64,000 bases of DNA from positions 4,640,001-4,704,000 of the forward strand of contig OZ245033.1 of the NCBI GenBank assembly GCA_965224025.1, written 5' to 3'. The first letter of the stretch is position 1, and each line of letters starts with the position of its first letter. This document shows, in pieces, positions 40,695 through 49,599 of this stretch. Both the position numbers and the translations under genes were made by a program. Source of the DNA: Candidatus Multivorans sp. (GTDB lineage Bacteria; Acidobacteriota; Thermoanaerobaculia; Multivoradales; Multivoraceae). Under the pieces are notes generated by a model. That model did not search any database, was not told where the DNA came from, and was given only the letters and a program-made list of their open reading frames with translations.

Positions 40695-42293
40695 TCACCG
40701 ATCCTCCAGCGGACGCGGCGGCCCCAGTAGACGGCGCAGTTCCGTGGCCCCACTTCCCTCGCGAACGACCTCCCGGTTCCCAATCATCAGCAGCACCACG
40801 CCGTCCGGGTCGAGGAAGCGCTCCGCCGCGCGCCGTACGTCCGCCGAGGTCACGGCATGCAGACGCCGCCGGTAGTGAGCCCAGTACTCGTGAGGCCGTC
40901 CCAGCAACTCGTCCTCGGCGTAGACGCCGGCAATCGCCTCCGCGCGGTCGAAGAGCAGTGGAAAACGGGCCAACACCGACCGTTTCGCGGTCTCGAGTTC
41001 GCCGGCCGGCGCGGCATCCCGCTGCAGCCGCCGCAGTTCCCGCAGCACCTCGGCGACAGCCTCGGCGGCAGCCTCGGGCGCGGTCTCCAGGAAGACGCGG
41101 AACTCGCCCGCGTGCTCCGACCCCCAACCGCTCCGCGGGGGATCGATGTCGAAGGTCGTCAGCAGGCGGTAGACCAGGCCGTCACCGAGCTGCAGACGGG
41201 ACCGCAGGCGAGACACGGCGCCGGGGCCGTCGAGGATCTCGGTCAGCAGCAGCAGCGCCCAACGGTCGCGGTGGTCCCATGAATCGAAGACCGCTCCCCG
41301 GTGGCCGATGGCGATCGCGGCCTGGGCGCCCGGGCGATCCACGGTCCACCAACCCGGCGCCGCGGCCGAGGCCGCCGAATCGCCCGCTTGCCCCACGCCC
41401 ACTTCGTCCGCCTCCGGTCCGCGGGCGCTTGGACCGGCCGCTGCCCGGTCGACTTCGTCGGGCCCCGTCCAATCGCCGAACAGCTCATCCAGGCGAGCCA
41501 CCACGGCTTCGGCATCCACGTCGCCCGAAACGGCGAACACGGCGCCCTCGGGGCGGTAGCGACGGCGATGGAAGTCGGCGAGCGCCTCGGGCGTGAAGGC
41601 AACCACCGCCTCGCGCGTCAGCCGCCGTCCGCGCGGTGCACGGTCTCCATGCACCAGGCGCAGCCACTCCCGTTCGAGGAACCGCCGCGGGTCGTCGTCC
41701 TGGGCGGCGAGGCTGACCTCGAGGTTGTCCTTCGCCTGAGCCAGGCGCTCCGCGTCGAAGCGCGGCTCGAGCACGATGGAAGCAAACAGTTCAAGACCGC
41801 GACCCAAGGCTTCCGAACCGCAGTCGAGGGCGATCACGCTCCGCGCCGAGGCACCCACCGTCTGGATCCGGGCGCCCAGGGCGTCGATTTCGTCGTCCAG
41901 ACGGTCCGGGTCCATGTCGCCGGCGCCCCCGCGACGCAGCATGGCAGCGGTCATCGAGGCCAGTCCTGCCTCCGCGGGCCGCTCGTCCGGATCGCCGACC
42001 GGAAACGCCAGCACGACATCTACCAGGGGCAAGCTGCGATCCGGCACGACGTAGACTGGCAGCCCGTTGGCCAGTTCGAAGAGCATGCCGTCGGGACTCG
42101 GCGGCGCGAAGGCCGACGGAGGAAAACGCAGGCCTTCCGGGCGCGGCGGAATCTGGGCGCCTCCTGCTGCTCCCGCCACGGTCAGGCCGAGCAAGACGAA
42201 CAGACTGAGCACCGGCGCCAGCCCCGGATGCGGGCGGGACGCCCGCGTTCCCAGGACCGGAGTCGCGTACCGTGCCACGCAAGCTGCCGGCAC
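40695..42293 (-). CDS. M16 (pitrilysin-family) peptidase, non-catalytic subunit
   Basis: LANGLPVYVV, GLASMTAAMLRRG (no HxxEH), FHRRRYRP...GDV, SRL motif, VTSADVRRAA. Confidence 0.85.
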   Translation of the reverse strand: MPAACVARYATPVLGTRASRPHPGLAPVLSLFVLLGLTVAGAAGGAQIPPRPEGLRFPPSAFAPPSPDGMLFELANGLPVYVVPDRSLPLVDVVLAFPVGDPDERPAEAGLASMTAAMLRRGGAGDMDPDRLDDEIDALGARIQTVGASARSVIALDCGSEALGRGLELFASIVLEPRFDAERLAQAKDNLEVSLAAQDDDPRRFLEREWLRLVHGDRAPRGRRLTREAVVAFTPEALADFHRRRYRPEGAVFAVSGDVDAEAVVARLDELFGDWTGPDEVDRAAAGPSARGPEADEVGVGQAGDSAASAAAPGWWTVDRPGAQAAIAIGHRGAVFDSWDHRDRWALLLLTEILDGPGAVSRLRSRLQLGDGLVYRLLTTFDIDPPRSGWGSEHAGEFRVFLETAPEAAAEAVAEVLRELRRLQRDAAPAGELETAKRSVLARFPLLFDRAEAIAGVYAEDELLGRPHEYWAHYRRRLHAVTSADVRRAAERFLDPDGVVLLMIGNREVVREGSGATELRRLLGPPRPLEDR

Positions 42294-42296
42294 CGC

Positions 42297-43871
42297 TTAG
42301 CCCTCCCCGGTCCGCTCTAGCGACAGGACGGCTCGTTTCTCCGCCACGAGAAAGGCGTCGATCACCCGCACCAGGTCATCGGCGCCAACCGCGGCCGCCG
42401 CCTCGAACCACCCATCCAGTTGCCGCCAGCCGCCCAGTACTTCGGCCGCCGCCAGCCGGTGGGCGAGTCCAGCGTCGGTTTCGATCTGCCGGAAGGAGTC
42501 GGTGGCCAGTTGGCGCCGAACCCGCTCCAGCTCCTCGCGTTCGACGCCGTCCGCCCGAACCCGCGCCAGCAGGCGGTCCCACGCCGGGAGCAGCTCCGCC
42601 AACTTCGTGTCGCCGGCAGCCTCGACGCGCACCGCGAAGTAGCCCCCGTGGATCCGCGACACATGCCGCGCCGAAGCCGAGGTTGCCACCGCGTCATCCG
42701 CGAGCACGAGCCGACGATGCAGCCGGCCCGAGCGGCCGTTCAGTACGCCCGCCAGCACATCCAGGGCGACTGCGTCACCCGAAGCCGCAAAGGCCACGGT
42801 GGGATAGCGGATCTCGATCTGCGTGCGGCAGGCGCAGAGTCCGTCCAGCGACCCGAGAGCGGGCGAGGGAGACGGCGAGCCCAGGGGTTGCGGACTCGCC
42901 GGTCTGCTCGGTACGGAACGCGGGAGAGGCGCCGCCGTTCCCGGATCTCCCCGCCGGCGAGAGGCCTCGGTTCGCGAAGCCCGTCCCGAGCCACGGCTGA
43001 TGCGGCCGAAGTAGCGCTCGGCCAGTTCCCTGGCGCGCTCCGGCGCCACGTCGCCGACCAGCACCGCGACCAGCCGCTCCGGCCCGTAGGCCGCCTTGAA
43101 GTGCGCCCGCGCGTCCGCCGGCAGGAGGCCCGCGATCTCCAGCCGGTCTCCTCCCGGCGTGTGGGCGTAGGGATGGCCCGCGCCCCAGAAGGCGGCGTCG
43201 AAGAGCTCGAACCACGAACCCGCCGGACTCGAATCGATGCGCTGCCGACGCTCCTGCTCGACCATCCGCAACTCACGCTCGAAGCCGCGGAACACGGGCT
43301 CGAGCAACCGGTCGGACTCCATCCAGAACCACAGCTCGATCTTCTCCGCGGGCGCCAGTACCTGGAACACGGTCGAGTCGTGCCGCGTCTCCGCGTCGAG
43401 GCCGAAGGCACCGGCACGGGTGTAGACCGTCGAGTACTCGCCCGGCCGCCGCAGCGCCGCCAGCCGTCGTTCCAGGCGGGCAAGGCCCTGCGTGGTCCGG
43501 CGCCGCCGCAGGGACTCCTCGTATTGCCGCTCCCACTGCCGCAGGAGCCGCGCCTCCGCGTCCCAGTCCGCGGTGCCGACGGTCCGGCTGCCGGCGAACA
43601 GCAGGTGCTCCACCAAGTGGGCCAGACCCCGCTGACCCGGCGGATCCGCCGCCGAACCGCCCCGCGCCGCCCACACGGCGGAGACCAAGGGCCTCCCGGG
43701 CCGCTCGACGACCAGGAAGGTCATGCCATTGTCCAGTTCGAAGTGAGCGGGCTGGAGTTCGGCCGGCAACGTCGCGGGCGCCGCAGGCGCTGCCGCGGCA
43801 AGAACCAGAACGGCGAGGAAGCTGCGCCGCAGAACGATCCGTCCCTGGGAACGCGCGAATCTTGCCCGCAT
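42297..43871 (-). CDS. M16 (pitrilysin-family) peptidase, catalytic subunit
   Basis: LDNGMTFLVV, GLAHLVEHLLFAGS (HxxEH), ESDRL, ERRQR, HPY, GRSGRL. Confidence 0.85.
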   Translation of the reverse strand: MRARFARSQGRIVLRRSFLAVLVLAAAAPAAPATLPAELQPAHFELDNGMTFLVVERPGRPLVSAVWAARGGSAADPPGQRGLAHLVEHLLFAGSRTVGTADWDAEARLLRQWERQYEESLRRRRTTQGLARLERRLAALRRPGEYSTVYTRAGAFGLDAETRHDSTVFQVLAPAEKIELWFWMESDRLLEPVFRGFERELRMVEQERRQRIDSSPAGSWFELFDAAFWGAGHPYAHTPGGDRLEIAGLLPADARAHFKAAYGPERLVAVLVGDVAPERARELAERYFGRISRGSGRASRTEASRRRGDPGTAAPLPRSVPSRPASPQPLGSPSPSPALGSLDGLCACRTQIEIRYPTVAFAASGDAVALDVLAGVLNGRSGRLHRRLVLADDAVATSASARHVSRIHGGYFAVRVEAAGDTKLAELLPAWDRLLARVRADGVEREELERVRRQLATDSFRQIETDAGLAHRLAAAEVLGGWRQLDGWFEAAAAVGADDLVRVIDAFLVAEKRAVLSLERTGEG

Positions 43872-43912
43872 CCGGCGCGAAGCGGTCGCGTTGGAGATGG
43901 CGCTGTGACTCC

Positions 43913-45706
43913 TCACCGCCGCTCCTGGACCACCAGGTAGACGCCCGACGGCGGATCGACGATGCGGGTCCGGGCGCCGGAGGGCCACCGCACGTCGAGC
44001 CGGCGGAAGGCGCCGGCGCCGGCCGCCGGGACGTTGCCGGACGCCGCCGCAGCCCAGCGGAGCCGATGTCCGCTCGACGACTGGTAGCTGTCGCCCCGCA
44101 GCACCCAGCGGTGAGCCGGCGGCTTCCCGGGCTCGGCGGCGAGCGTCACGGCGGCGCCCACCGCCTGTGTGTTCGACCCGGCGCCGCGCAGCTCGACGCC
44201 GAGCCAACCGCCACCTTCCGGCCCTGCCGTGTCATTCCGCCCCGTGTCGCTGCGCCCCGTCTCGTTCCGCCAGAGGCGCGCCGGACCGTCGTTGGCGGTA
44301 ACCACGAGGTCGCCGTCGCCATCGCCGTCGTAGTCCGCGACTGCGGCGCCGCGGCTGACCAGCGGATCCCGATCCGTCCAGTCGCAGCGCACTTCGATGA
44401 AGCTCTGGCGGGGGTCCGCCGCGTTGCCGCGGAGCAGCAGGTTGCGCTGCCGGTGGCTCGTGTTGTCGCGCCGGGGCGTAGTGAAGATGTGCCCGTTGGC
44501 GACGTACACATCGAGCGCGCCGTCCCTGTCGAAGTCCTCGGTCACGATCCCGAATCCGAGCAGGTTGAAGGAGGGCTGACCGAAGCCGGACACGGCCGAT
44601 ACGTCCTCGAACAGAAGGCCGCCGCCGGCGCCGGCATTGCGAGCGCCGGCATTGCGGTAGAGCGTGTTCGTCTCGACATCGAAGTTGGTCACCATGAGAT
44701 CCGGATCGCCGTCGGAATCGAAGTCGGCAGCCGCCAGCCCCATGCCTGCCTCCGGCCGGCCGTTTCGATTCACGGCAGCGCCCGACAACAGCGACTGATC
44801 CTCGAACGTGCCGTCGCCCCGGTTGCGGAACACGAGGTTCAGGGTCAGATCGTTGGCCACGTAGAGATCGGGCCGGCCGTCTCCATCGAGGTCGGTGAAG
44901 ACCACCCCGAGACCCTTGCCGTCGGCGCCGTCGAGACCGGCCGCCGCCACTCCGTCCTCGAAGACGCCGCCGCCCCGGTTCACGTAGTAGCGGTCGTGCT
45001 GGCCCAGGAACAGCGACGGATCGCACACCTCCGGCGCGGCGCCGGGACCGTCCCGCCGGCAGACCAGGCCGTGGTCCGGGTCGTAATGGAGGTAGCGGCT
45101 GACGTAGAGGTCCAGGTCGCCGTCGCCGGCCGCATCGGCAAGGGCCATCGAGGAACCCCACGGGAACTCGTCCGCCCCTCCCTCCGGCTCGGCCGCTCGC
45201 AGCGGTTCCGCCGCGGCGAATGCGCCGTGTCCGCCATTGCGCAAGAGCATAGTGGGACCGTAGTGCGACACCAGCAGGTCGACGTCCCGGTCGCCGTCGA
45301 CATCGGCGGCGACGACTCCCTGGCCGTAGCCGCGGGCAAGGCCGCCGGCGTCGGCCGGCTCGAAGCGGATCTTCCCCGCGGCGTCGGGCCCCAGGTTGCG
45401 AAACAGCCGGTCCGCCGCCGCCTCGCCACGCTGCGGCGGGAACGGCCCCGACTGCACCAGGTAGAGGTCGAGCCAGCCGTCACCGTCGAAGTCGATCCAG
45501 GCGACGCCCGCGCCCATCGTCTCGGGCAGGTGCAGGCCGCCGCTCGCGCCCGATTCGTGGACGAAGCGCACACCGGCCTCCACCGCCACCTCCGTGAACG
45601 TGAAGCCGCAATCCTCACTGCCGGCGGCGCCGAAAGGGAGGACGAAGGCGCACGCCAGCGTCGCGACGTGGGCGACCGACGAGGCGCCGCCGGCGTCCCG
45701 GCTCAT
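43913..45706 (-). CDS. CRTAC1-family FG-GAP / ASPIC-UnbV protein
   Basis: PETMGAGVAWIDFDGDG, GKGLGV, ANDL, EAGMG, SRGAAVADYDGDGD, GDSYQS, VRWPSG. Confidence 0.9.
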   Translation of the reverse strand: MSRDAGGASSVAHVATLACAFVLPFGAAGSEDCGFTFTEVAVEAGVRFVHESGASGGLHLPETMGAGVAWIDFDGDGWLDLYLVQSGPFPPQRGEAAADRLFRNLGPDAAGKIRFEPADAGGLARGYGQGVVAADVDGDRDVDLLVSHYGPTMLLRNGGHGAFAAAEPLRAAEPEGGADEFPWGSSMALADAAGDGDLDLYVSRYLHYDPDHGLVCRRDGPGAAPEVCDPSLFLGQHDRYYVNRGGGVFEDGVAAAGLDGADGKGLGVVFTDLDGDGRPDLYVANDLTLNLVFRNRGDGTFEDQSLLSGAAVNRNGRPEAGMGLAAADFDSDGDPDLMVTNFDVETNTLYRNAGARNAGAGGGLLFEDVSAVSGFGQPSFNLLGFGIVTEDFDRDGALDVYVANGHIFTTPRRDNTSHRQRNLLLRGNAADPRQSFIEVRCDWTDRDPLVSRGAAVADYDGDGDGDLVVTANDGPARLWRNETGRSDTGRNDTAGPEGGGWLGVELRGAGSNTQAVGAAVTLAAEPGKPPAHRWVLRGDSYQSSSGHRLRWAAAASGNVPAAGAGAFRRLDVRWPSGARTRIVDPPSGVYLVVQERR

Positions 45707-45766
45707 CCGGTGACCGCGCGACGGCCGCCTGGAAACGGTTCGCAGGTCATCTTGAAGCGTCCTCGG

Positions 45767-46171
45767 CTAGTGGGAGGCGATGTCCAGGATCTGCGCCACT
45801 CCAGTGATCCCCTGTAGTTTGCCGACTTCGCGGTTCAACTCCGTGATCTGGCCAGAGAGTTGTTCGTCCAACCGGTCAATCCGCTCGTCCAGCCGGTCGC
45901 CCAACCGGTCAATCCGCTCCTCCATCCGAGACCAACGCTCCTCGAACTTCGCCTCCATCCGATCGCACCGCGCATCGAGCTTCGCCTCGATCCCGTCGCA
46001 CCGCGCATCGATCCCGTCGCACCGCGCATCGAACTTCGCCTCGATCCGCGCCCGGTCCTGCCGGGCCTCCTCGAAGCGTCGGTCCATTCGACGCACGCCC
46101 CAGGCGAACAGCCCGCCAAGCGCCGCAAAGCTCGGCACCATGACGCCAGCGATCTGAAGAGCCGTTTCCAT
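45767..46171 (-). CDS. Small membrane-anchored coiled-coil protein with 7/11-residue repeats
   Basis: METALQIAGVMVPSFAALGGLFAWG (TM) followed by DARCDGI and EERIDRLGDRL repeats. Confidence 0.75.
   Translation of the reverse strand: METALQIAGVMVPSFAALGGLFAWGVRRMDRRFEEARQDRARIEAKFDARCDGIDARCDGIEAKLDARCDRMEAKFEERWSRMEERIDRLGDRLDERIDRLDEQLSGQITELNREVGKLQGITGVAQILDIASH
45868..46040. repeat. 21-bp and 33-bp coding tandem repeats
   Basis: TCGATCCCGTCGCACCGCGCA exact tandem at 45987-46007 and 46008-46028; CCAACCGGTCAATCCGCTC at 45868 and 45901 (period 33). Confidence 0.9.
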
Positions 46172-46357
46172 TCCATCCTCCACCGGATCGCCTCCGGACT
46201 CAGGATCCAAGTCGGGAATGACCTCAGAGCCGGCGGCGCCACGATGGCGCGGCCACGACTCTATCCAATGACTCAGACGGAATTCCGCCGCGCCATCCCG
46301 CACAGCTCCGACGAGGTCCACAGGGGCGGCCACGCCGGAGAGACTTAGACTGCGCCC

Positions 46358-47590
46358 ATGGACCTCGTCTGCGGCCCGCACATCCTGACGTCGGTCGAAC
46401 GGCCCCTGGTCATGGGGGTGCTCAACGTGACGCCGGACAGCTTCTTCGACGGCGGCCGCCACCACGCCTGCGAGGCCGCGATCGAACACGCGCGGCGCAT
46501 GGCGGCGGAAGGGGCCGACCTGATCGACATCGGCGCCGAAAGCACCCGGCCGGGCGCCGATCCGGTGGGCTTGACGGAGGAGCTTGGCCGGCTGCTGCCG
46601 GTGATCGAAGGCATCGGCCGGCTCGACCTCGGAGTGCCCCTGAGCGTCGACACGGCGAAGCCCGAGGCCGCCGACCGCGCGCTTGCTGCCGGCGCCGACC
46701 TGATCAACGACACTTCCGGCGCCGGCGAGGCGATGCTCGAGGTCGCGGCCCGCCACGGCGCTCCAGTGATCGCCATGCACATGCAGGGCGAACCGCGCAC
46801 GATGCAGCGCAAGCCCAGCTACGACGACGTGGTGGCCGAGATCCGCGACTACCTCGCCGGGCGGGTCGCGGCCGGACGGCGCCTCGGAGTCGAGGTGCTG
46901 GTCGACCCGGGAATCGGCTTCGGCAAGACGCTCGAGCACAACCTCGACCTGCTGGCGAACCTGCACGAGCTGCAGCAGATCGGCGCGCCCGTGGTGCTCG
47001 GCGTGTCGCGTAAGTCGTTCCTCGACCGGCTGCTCGGCGGCGTACCCGTCGGGGAGCGACTGACCGGAACGCTGGCGGTCAACGCCTGGGCGGCGGCACT
47101 GGGCATTGCCGACGTGCTGCGGGTACACGATGTCGAACCGCACCGGCAACTGGCGAAGAGCATCGGCGCCCTGAGGCGGCGGCGCAATCGATCGGCGCCA
47201 AGGCGGCGGGTACTTGCACGCGGCATCGTCTGCCGGAGCCGGATCGGCGTCAGCCGGGAAGAGCGCGCCGCGCCGCAGGAACTCCTGGTCGACATCGAGG
47301 TGACGCTGACGGCCGAGGCCCGCAGAACACGCGACGACCTGGGTGAGACCGTGGACTACGCGGAACTCGCCGCCACAGCAGAAGCGGTCGCGGCGCGCGA
47401 CGAATACCGGCTCGTCGAGACGCTGGCCGAGCGGATTGCGGCGAGCATCGGCCGGGAAACCCCTCAAGCAGCAGGCGGCTCGACGCCGTGGCGCCGGATC
47501 GAATCGCTGCGAGTACGGGTCACGAAGCCCGGCGCCGCTCGCGAGATCGGCGCCGCGGAAGTCGGCGCCGAAGTCGACTGGCGGCCGTGA
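46358..47590 (+). CDS. folP: Dihydropteroate synthase fused to C-terminal dihydroneopterin aldolase (FolP-FolB)
   Basis: MGVLNVTPDSFFDGG, DIGAESTRPG, DPGIGFGK, SRKSF, RVHDV; then IGV..EER..PQ, TVDY, LVETLAE, VTKP FolB motifs. Confidence 0.92.
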   Translation: MDLVCGPHILTSVERPLVMGVLNVTPDSFFDGGRHHACEAAIEHARRMAAEGADLIDIGAESTRPGADPVGLTEELGRLLPVIEGIGRLDLGVPLSVDTAKPEAADRALAAGADLINDTSGAGEAMLEVAARHGAPVIAMHMQGEPRTMQRKPSYDDVVAEIRDYLAGRVAAGRRLGVEVLVDPGIGFGKTLEHNLDLLANLHELQQIGAPVVLGVSRKSFLDRLLGGVPVGERLTGTLAVNAWAAALGIADVLRVHDVEPHRQLAKSIGALRRRRNRSAPRRRVLARGIVCRSRIGVSREERAAPQELLVDIEVTLTAEARRTRDDLGETVDYAELAATAEAVAARDEYRLVETLAERIAASIGRETPQAAGGSTPWRRIESLRVRVTKPGAAREIGAAEVGAEVDWRP

Positions 47591-48060
47591 CCCGGACCCG
47601 CGCCTTCGTCGCCCTCGGCTCGAACCTGGGCAGTCGACGGACGAACCTGCGCGCAGCGATCGACCAGCTCTCGCGACTCGGGGACGTGACCGCGGTTTCA
47701 GGGTTCCACCCTACCCGGGCCGTACCGGAGAGCGGCGTCGCGGCCACCGACCCGGAGTTCCTGAATGCCGCGGCGGCGATCGAAACACACCTCGACGCCA
47801 GGACCCTGCTCGATGGCCTGCTCGAGATCGAGGCCGGCCTCGGTCGGGATCGGACATCCACCCCGGTCGGCCCGAGGACGATCGACCTCGACCTGCTCCT
47901 GTTCGGCGACCTCGTCATCGAGGCGCCCGGCCTGGTGGTGCCCCACCCCCGCATGCACCGCCGCCGCTTCGTCCTCGAGCCGCTCTGCCAGATCGCCCCC
48001 AACGCCTGGCACCCCGGCCTGGGGAAGACCGCGGCCGAGTTGCTGGCCGGGTTGCGCTAG
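47587..48060 (+). CDS. folK: 2-amino-4-hydroxy-6-hydroxymethyldihydropteridine diphosphokinase
   Basis: ALGSNLG, FLNAA, GPRTIDLDLL, PHPRMHRRRFVL; GTGA overlap with folP-folB. Confidence 0.95.
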   Translation: MTRTRAFVALGSNLGSRRTNLRAAIDQLSRLGDVTAVSGFHPTRAVPESGVAATDPEFLNAAAAIETHLDARTLLDGLLEIEAGLGRDRTSTPVGPRTIDLDLLLFGDLVIEAPGLVVPHPRMHRRRFVLEPLCQIAPNAWHPGLGKTAAELLAGLR

Positions 48061-49226
48061 TAGCTCTTCGGCAGGCCCAACACCTTCTCGGCAATGTGAC
48101 AGAGGATGAGCTGCGGGCTGACCGGAGCAAGGCGCGGAATCATCACCTCGCGCATCAGCCGCTCGACATGGAACTCCTTCGCGTAGCCCATGCCGCCGTG
48201 GGTCATGACCGCCTGCGTGCAGGCCTTGAAGCCCGCCTCGGCGCCGAGGTACTTCGCGGCGTTCGCATAGTGGCCGCACGGCTCCTCGCGGTCGTAGAGC
48301 GACGCCGCCTGCATCGCCACGAGGAACGCCGCCTCCAGCTCCATCCAACATTCCGCCAGCGGATGCTGAATCGACTGGTTCTGGCCGATCGGACGACCGA
48401 AGACCCGCCGGTTGCGGGCATAGTCGCTTGCTCTCTCCAGCGCGTTGCGGCCGACGCCGACCGCCTCGATGCCGATCAGGATCCGCTCCGGGTTCAGGCT
48501 GTGAAGGATGTACTCGAAGCCGCGCCCTTCTTCGCCGATGCGGTCCTCGGCCGGTATCTCGAGCCCGTCGATGAACAGCTCGTTCGAATCCACCGCGGCC
48601 CGGCCCATCTTCGGAATGCGCCGCACCTCGATCCTCGACCGGTCGAGCGTCGTGTAGAACAACGAAAGGCCCTTCGTCGCCTTGCCCGTCTCCTCTCTGG
48701 GCGTCGTGCGCGCGAGCAGCATGACCCGGTCCGCCTCCTGGGCGGTCGTCGTCCAGATCTTGCGGCCATGGACGATGTAGCCGCCATCCGGCTGCCGCTC
48801 GGCGCGGGTCGTGATCGCCGTCGTTTCCAGCCCGGCATCGGGCTCCGTCACCGCGAAGCACGTCTTCGCCCGACCCTCGATCAGTTCAGGCAGGAAACGA
48901 CGGCGCTGGTCCTCGGCGCCGAAGACGACGATCGGGTGCGGCCCGAAGATGTTGATGTGGATCGCCGAGGCCGCGCTCATGCCGCCGCCCGCACGGGCCA
49001 CTGCGTGCATGACCAGGGCGGCTTCGGTAACGCCCAGGCCGGAACCACCGTACTTCTCCGGCATGGTGATTCCGAGCGCGCCGCACTCGGCCATGGCGCG
49101 GTGGAACTCGTTCGGGAACCGGACCTCGTTGTCGACCGCCAGCCAGTAGTCGTCGTCGAAGGCCGCGCAGGTGCGGGCAATCCCCTCGCACAGAGCACGC
49201 TGCTGTCCGGTGAGCGTGAAGTCCAT
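48057..49226 (-). CDS. Acyl-CoA dehydrogenase
   Basis: PEKYGGSGLG, FAVTEPDAG, GRKIWTT, R.VFGRPIG, HGGMGYAKE. Confidence 0.93.
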   Translation of the reverse strand: MDFTLTGQQRALCEGIARTCAAFDDDYWLAVDNEVRFPNEFHRAMAECGALGITMPEKYGGSGLGVTEAALVMHAVARAGGGMSAASAIHINIFGPHPIVVFGAEDQRRRFLPELIEGRAKTCFAVTEPDAGLETTAITTRAERQPDGGYIVHGRKIWTTTAQEADRVMLLARTTPREETGKATKGLSLFYTTLDRSRIEVRRIPKMGRAAVDSNELFIDGLEIPAEDRIGEEGRGFEYILHSLNPERILIGIEAVGVGRNALERASDYARNRRVFGRPIGQNQSIQHPLAECWMELEAAFLVAMQAASLYDREEPCGHYANAAKYLGAEAGFKACTQAVMTHGGMGYAKEFHVERLMREVMIPRLAPVSPQLILCHIAEKVLGLPKSY

Positions 49227-49567
49227 CAGCCGGGCGCGGAGGGCAGCAGGACATACCGGGCCAGGACGGCAAAGCCGCCGATCAGGATGAACGCCACGGT
49301 CCAGATCAGGGCCGTCCGATGCCCGCGTTTGAGATGATCCTGCTTTCGGGCCCACCGCACGACGGCGCGCAGGAGGAACGGCAGCGACGCTCCCCAGGCC
49401 AGGAGGACGCCCAGCAACAACCAGGATGACGGCGAGAAACCCTGGAGCAGCGCGAGCGCCCCGATCGCGAACAGGAGCGCAACCCGCACCACGACGCGCA
49501 CGAAGCGCATGCTGCCGGCCTGCTGCCTCTTGAGCTGCTGCCGCCGGTCGCTGAAGTCGATGGCCAT
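49226..49567 (-). CDS. Small membrane protein (about 3 TM)
   Basis: MAIDFSDRRQQLKRQQ followed by three hydrophobic segments; stop overlaps the acyl-CoA dehydrogenase start. Confidence 0.7.
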   Translation of the reverse strand: MAIDFSDRRQQLKRQQAGSMRFVRVVVRVALLFAIGALALLQGFSPSSWLLLGVLLAWGASLPFLLRAVVRWARKQDHLKRGHRTALIWTVAFILIGGFAVLARYVLLPSAPG

Positions 49568-49599
49568 GTTCGCTTCCCGGGTCCCGCCTCTGGAAGCCG

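Noticed and set aside
44625-44660. 15-bp duplication (RNAGA x2) and NETGR/SDTGR/NDTAG repeats in the third CRTAC1 gene
   Set aside because: In-frame loop micro-duplications with no evident functional implication.
46172-47467. N-terminal 430 aa of the 566-aa ORF 45767-47467
   Set aside because: Antisense to folP-folB; only the last 134 codons (from ATG 46171) look like a real protein.
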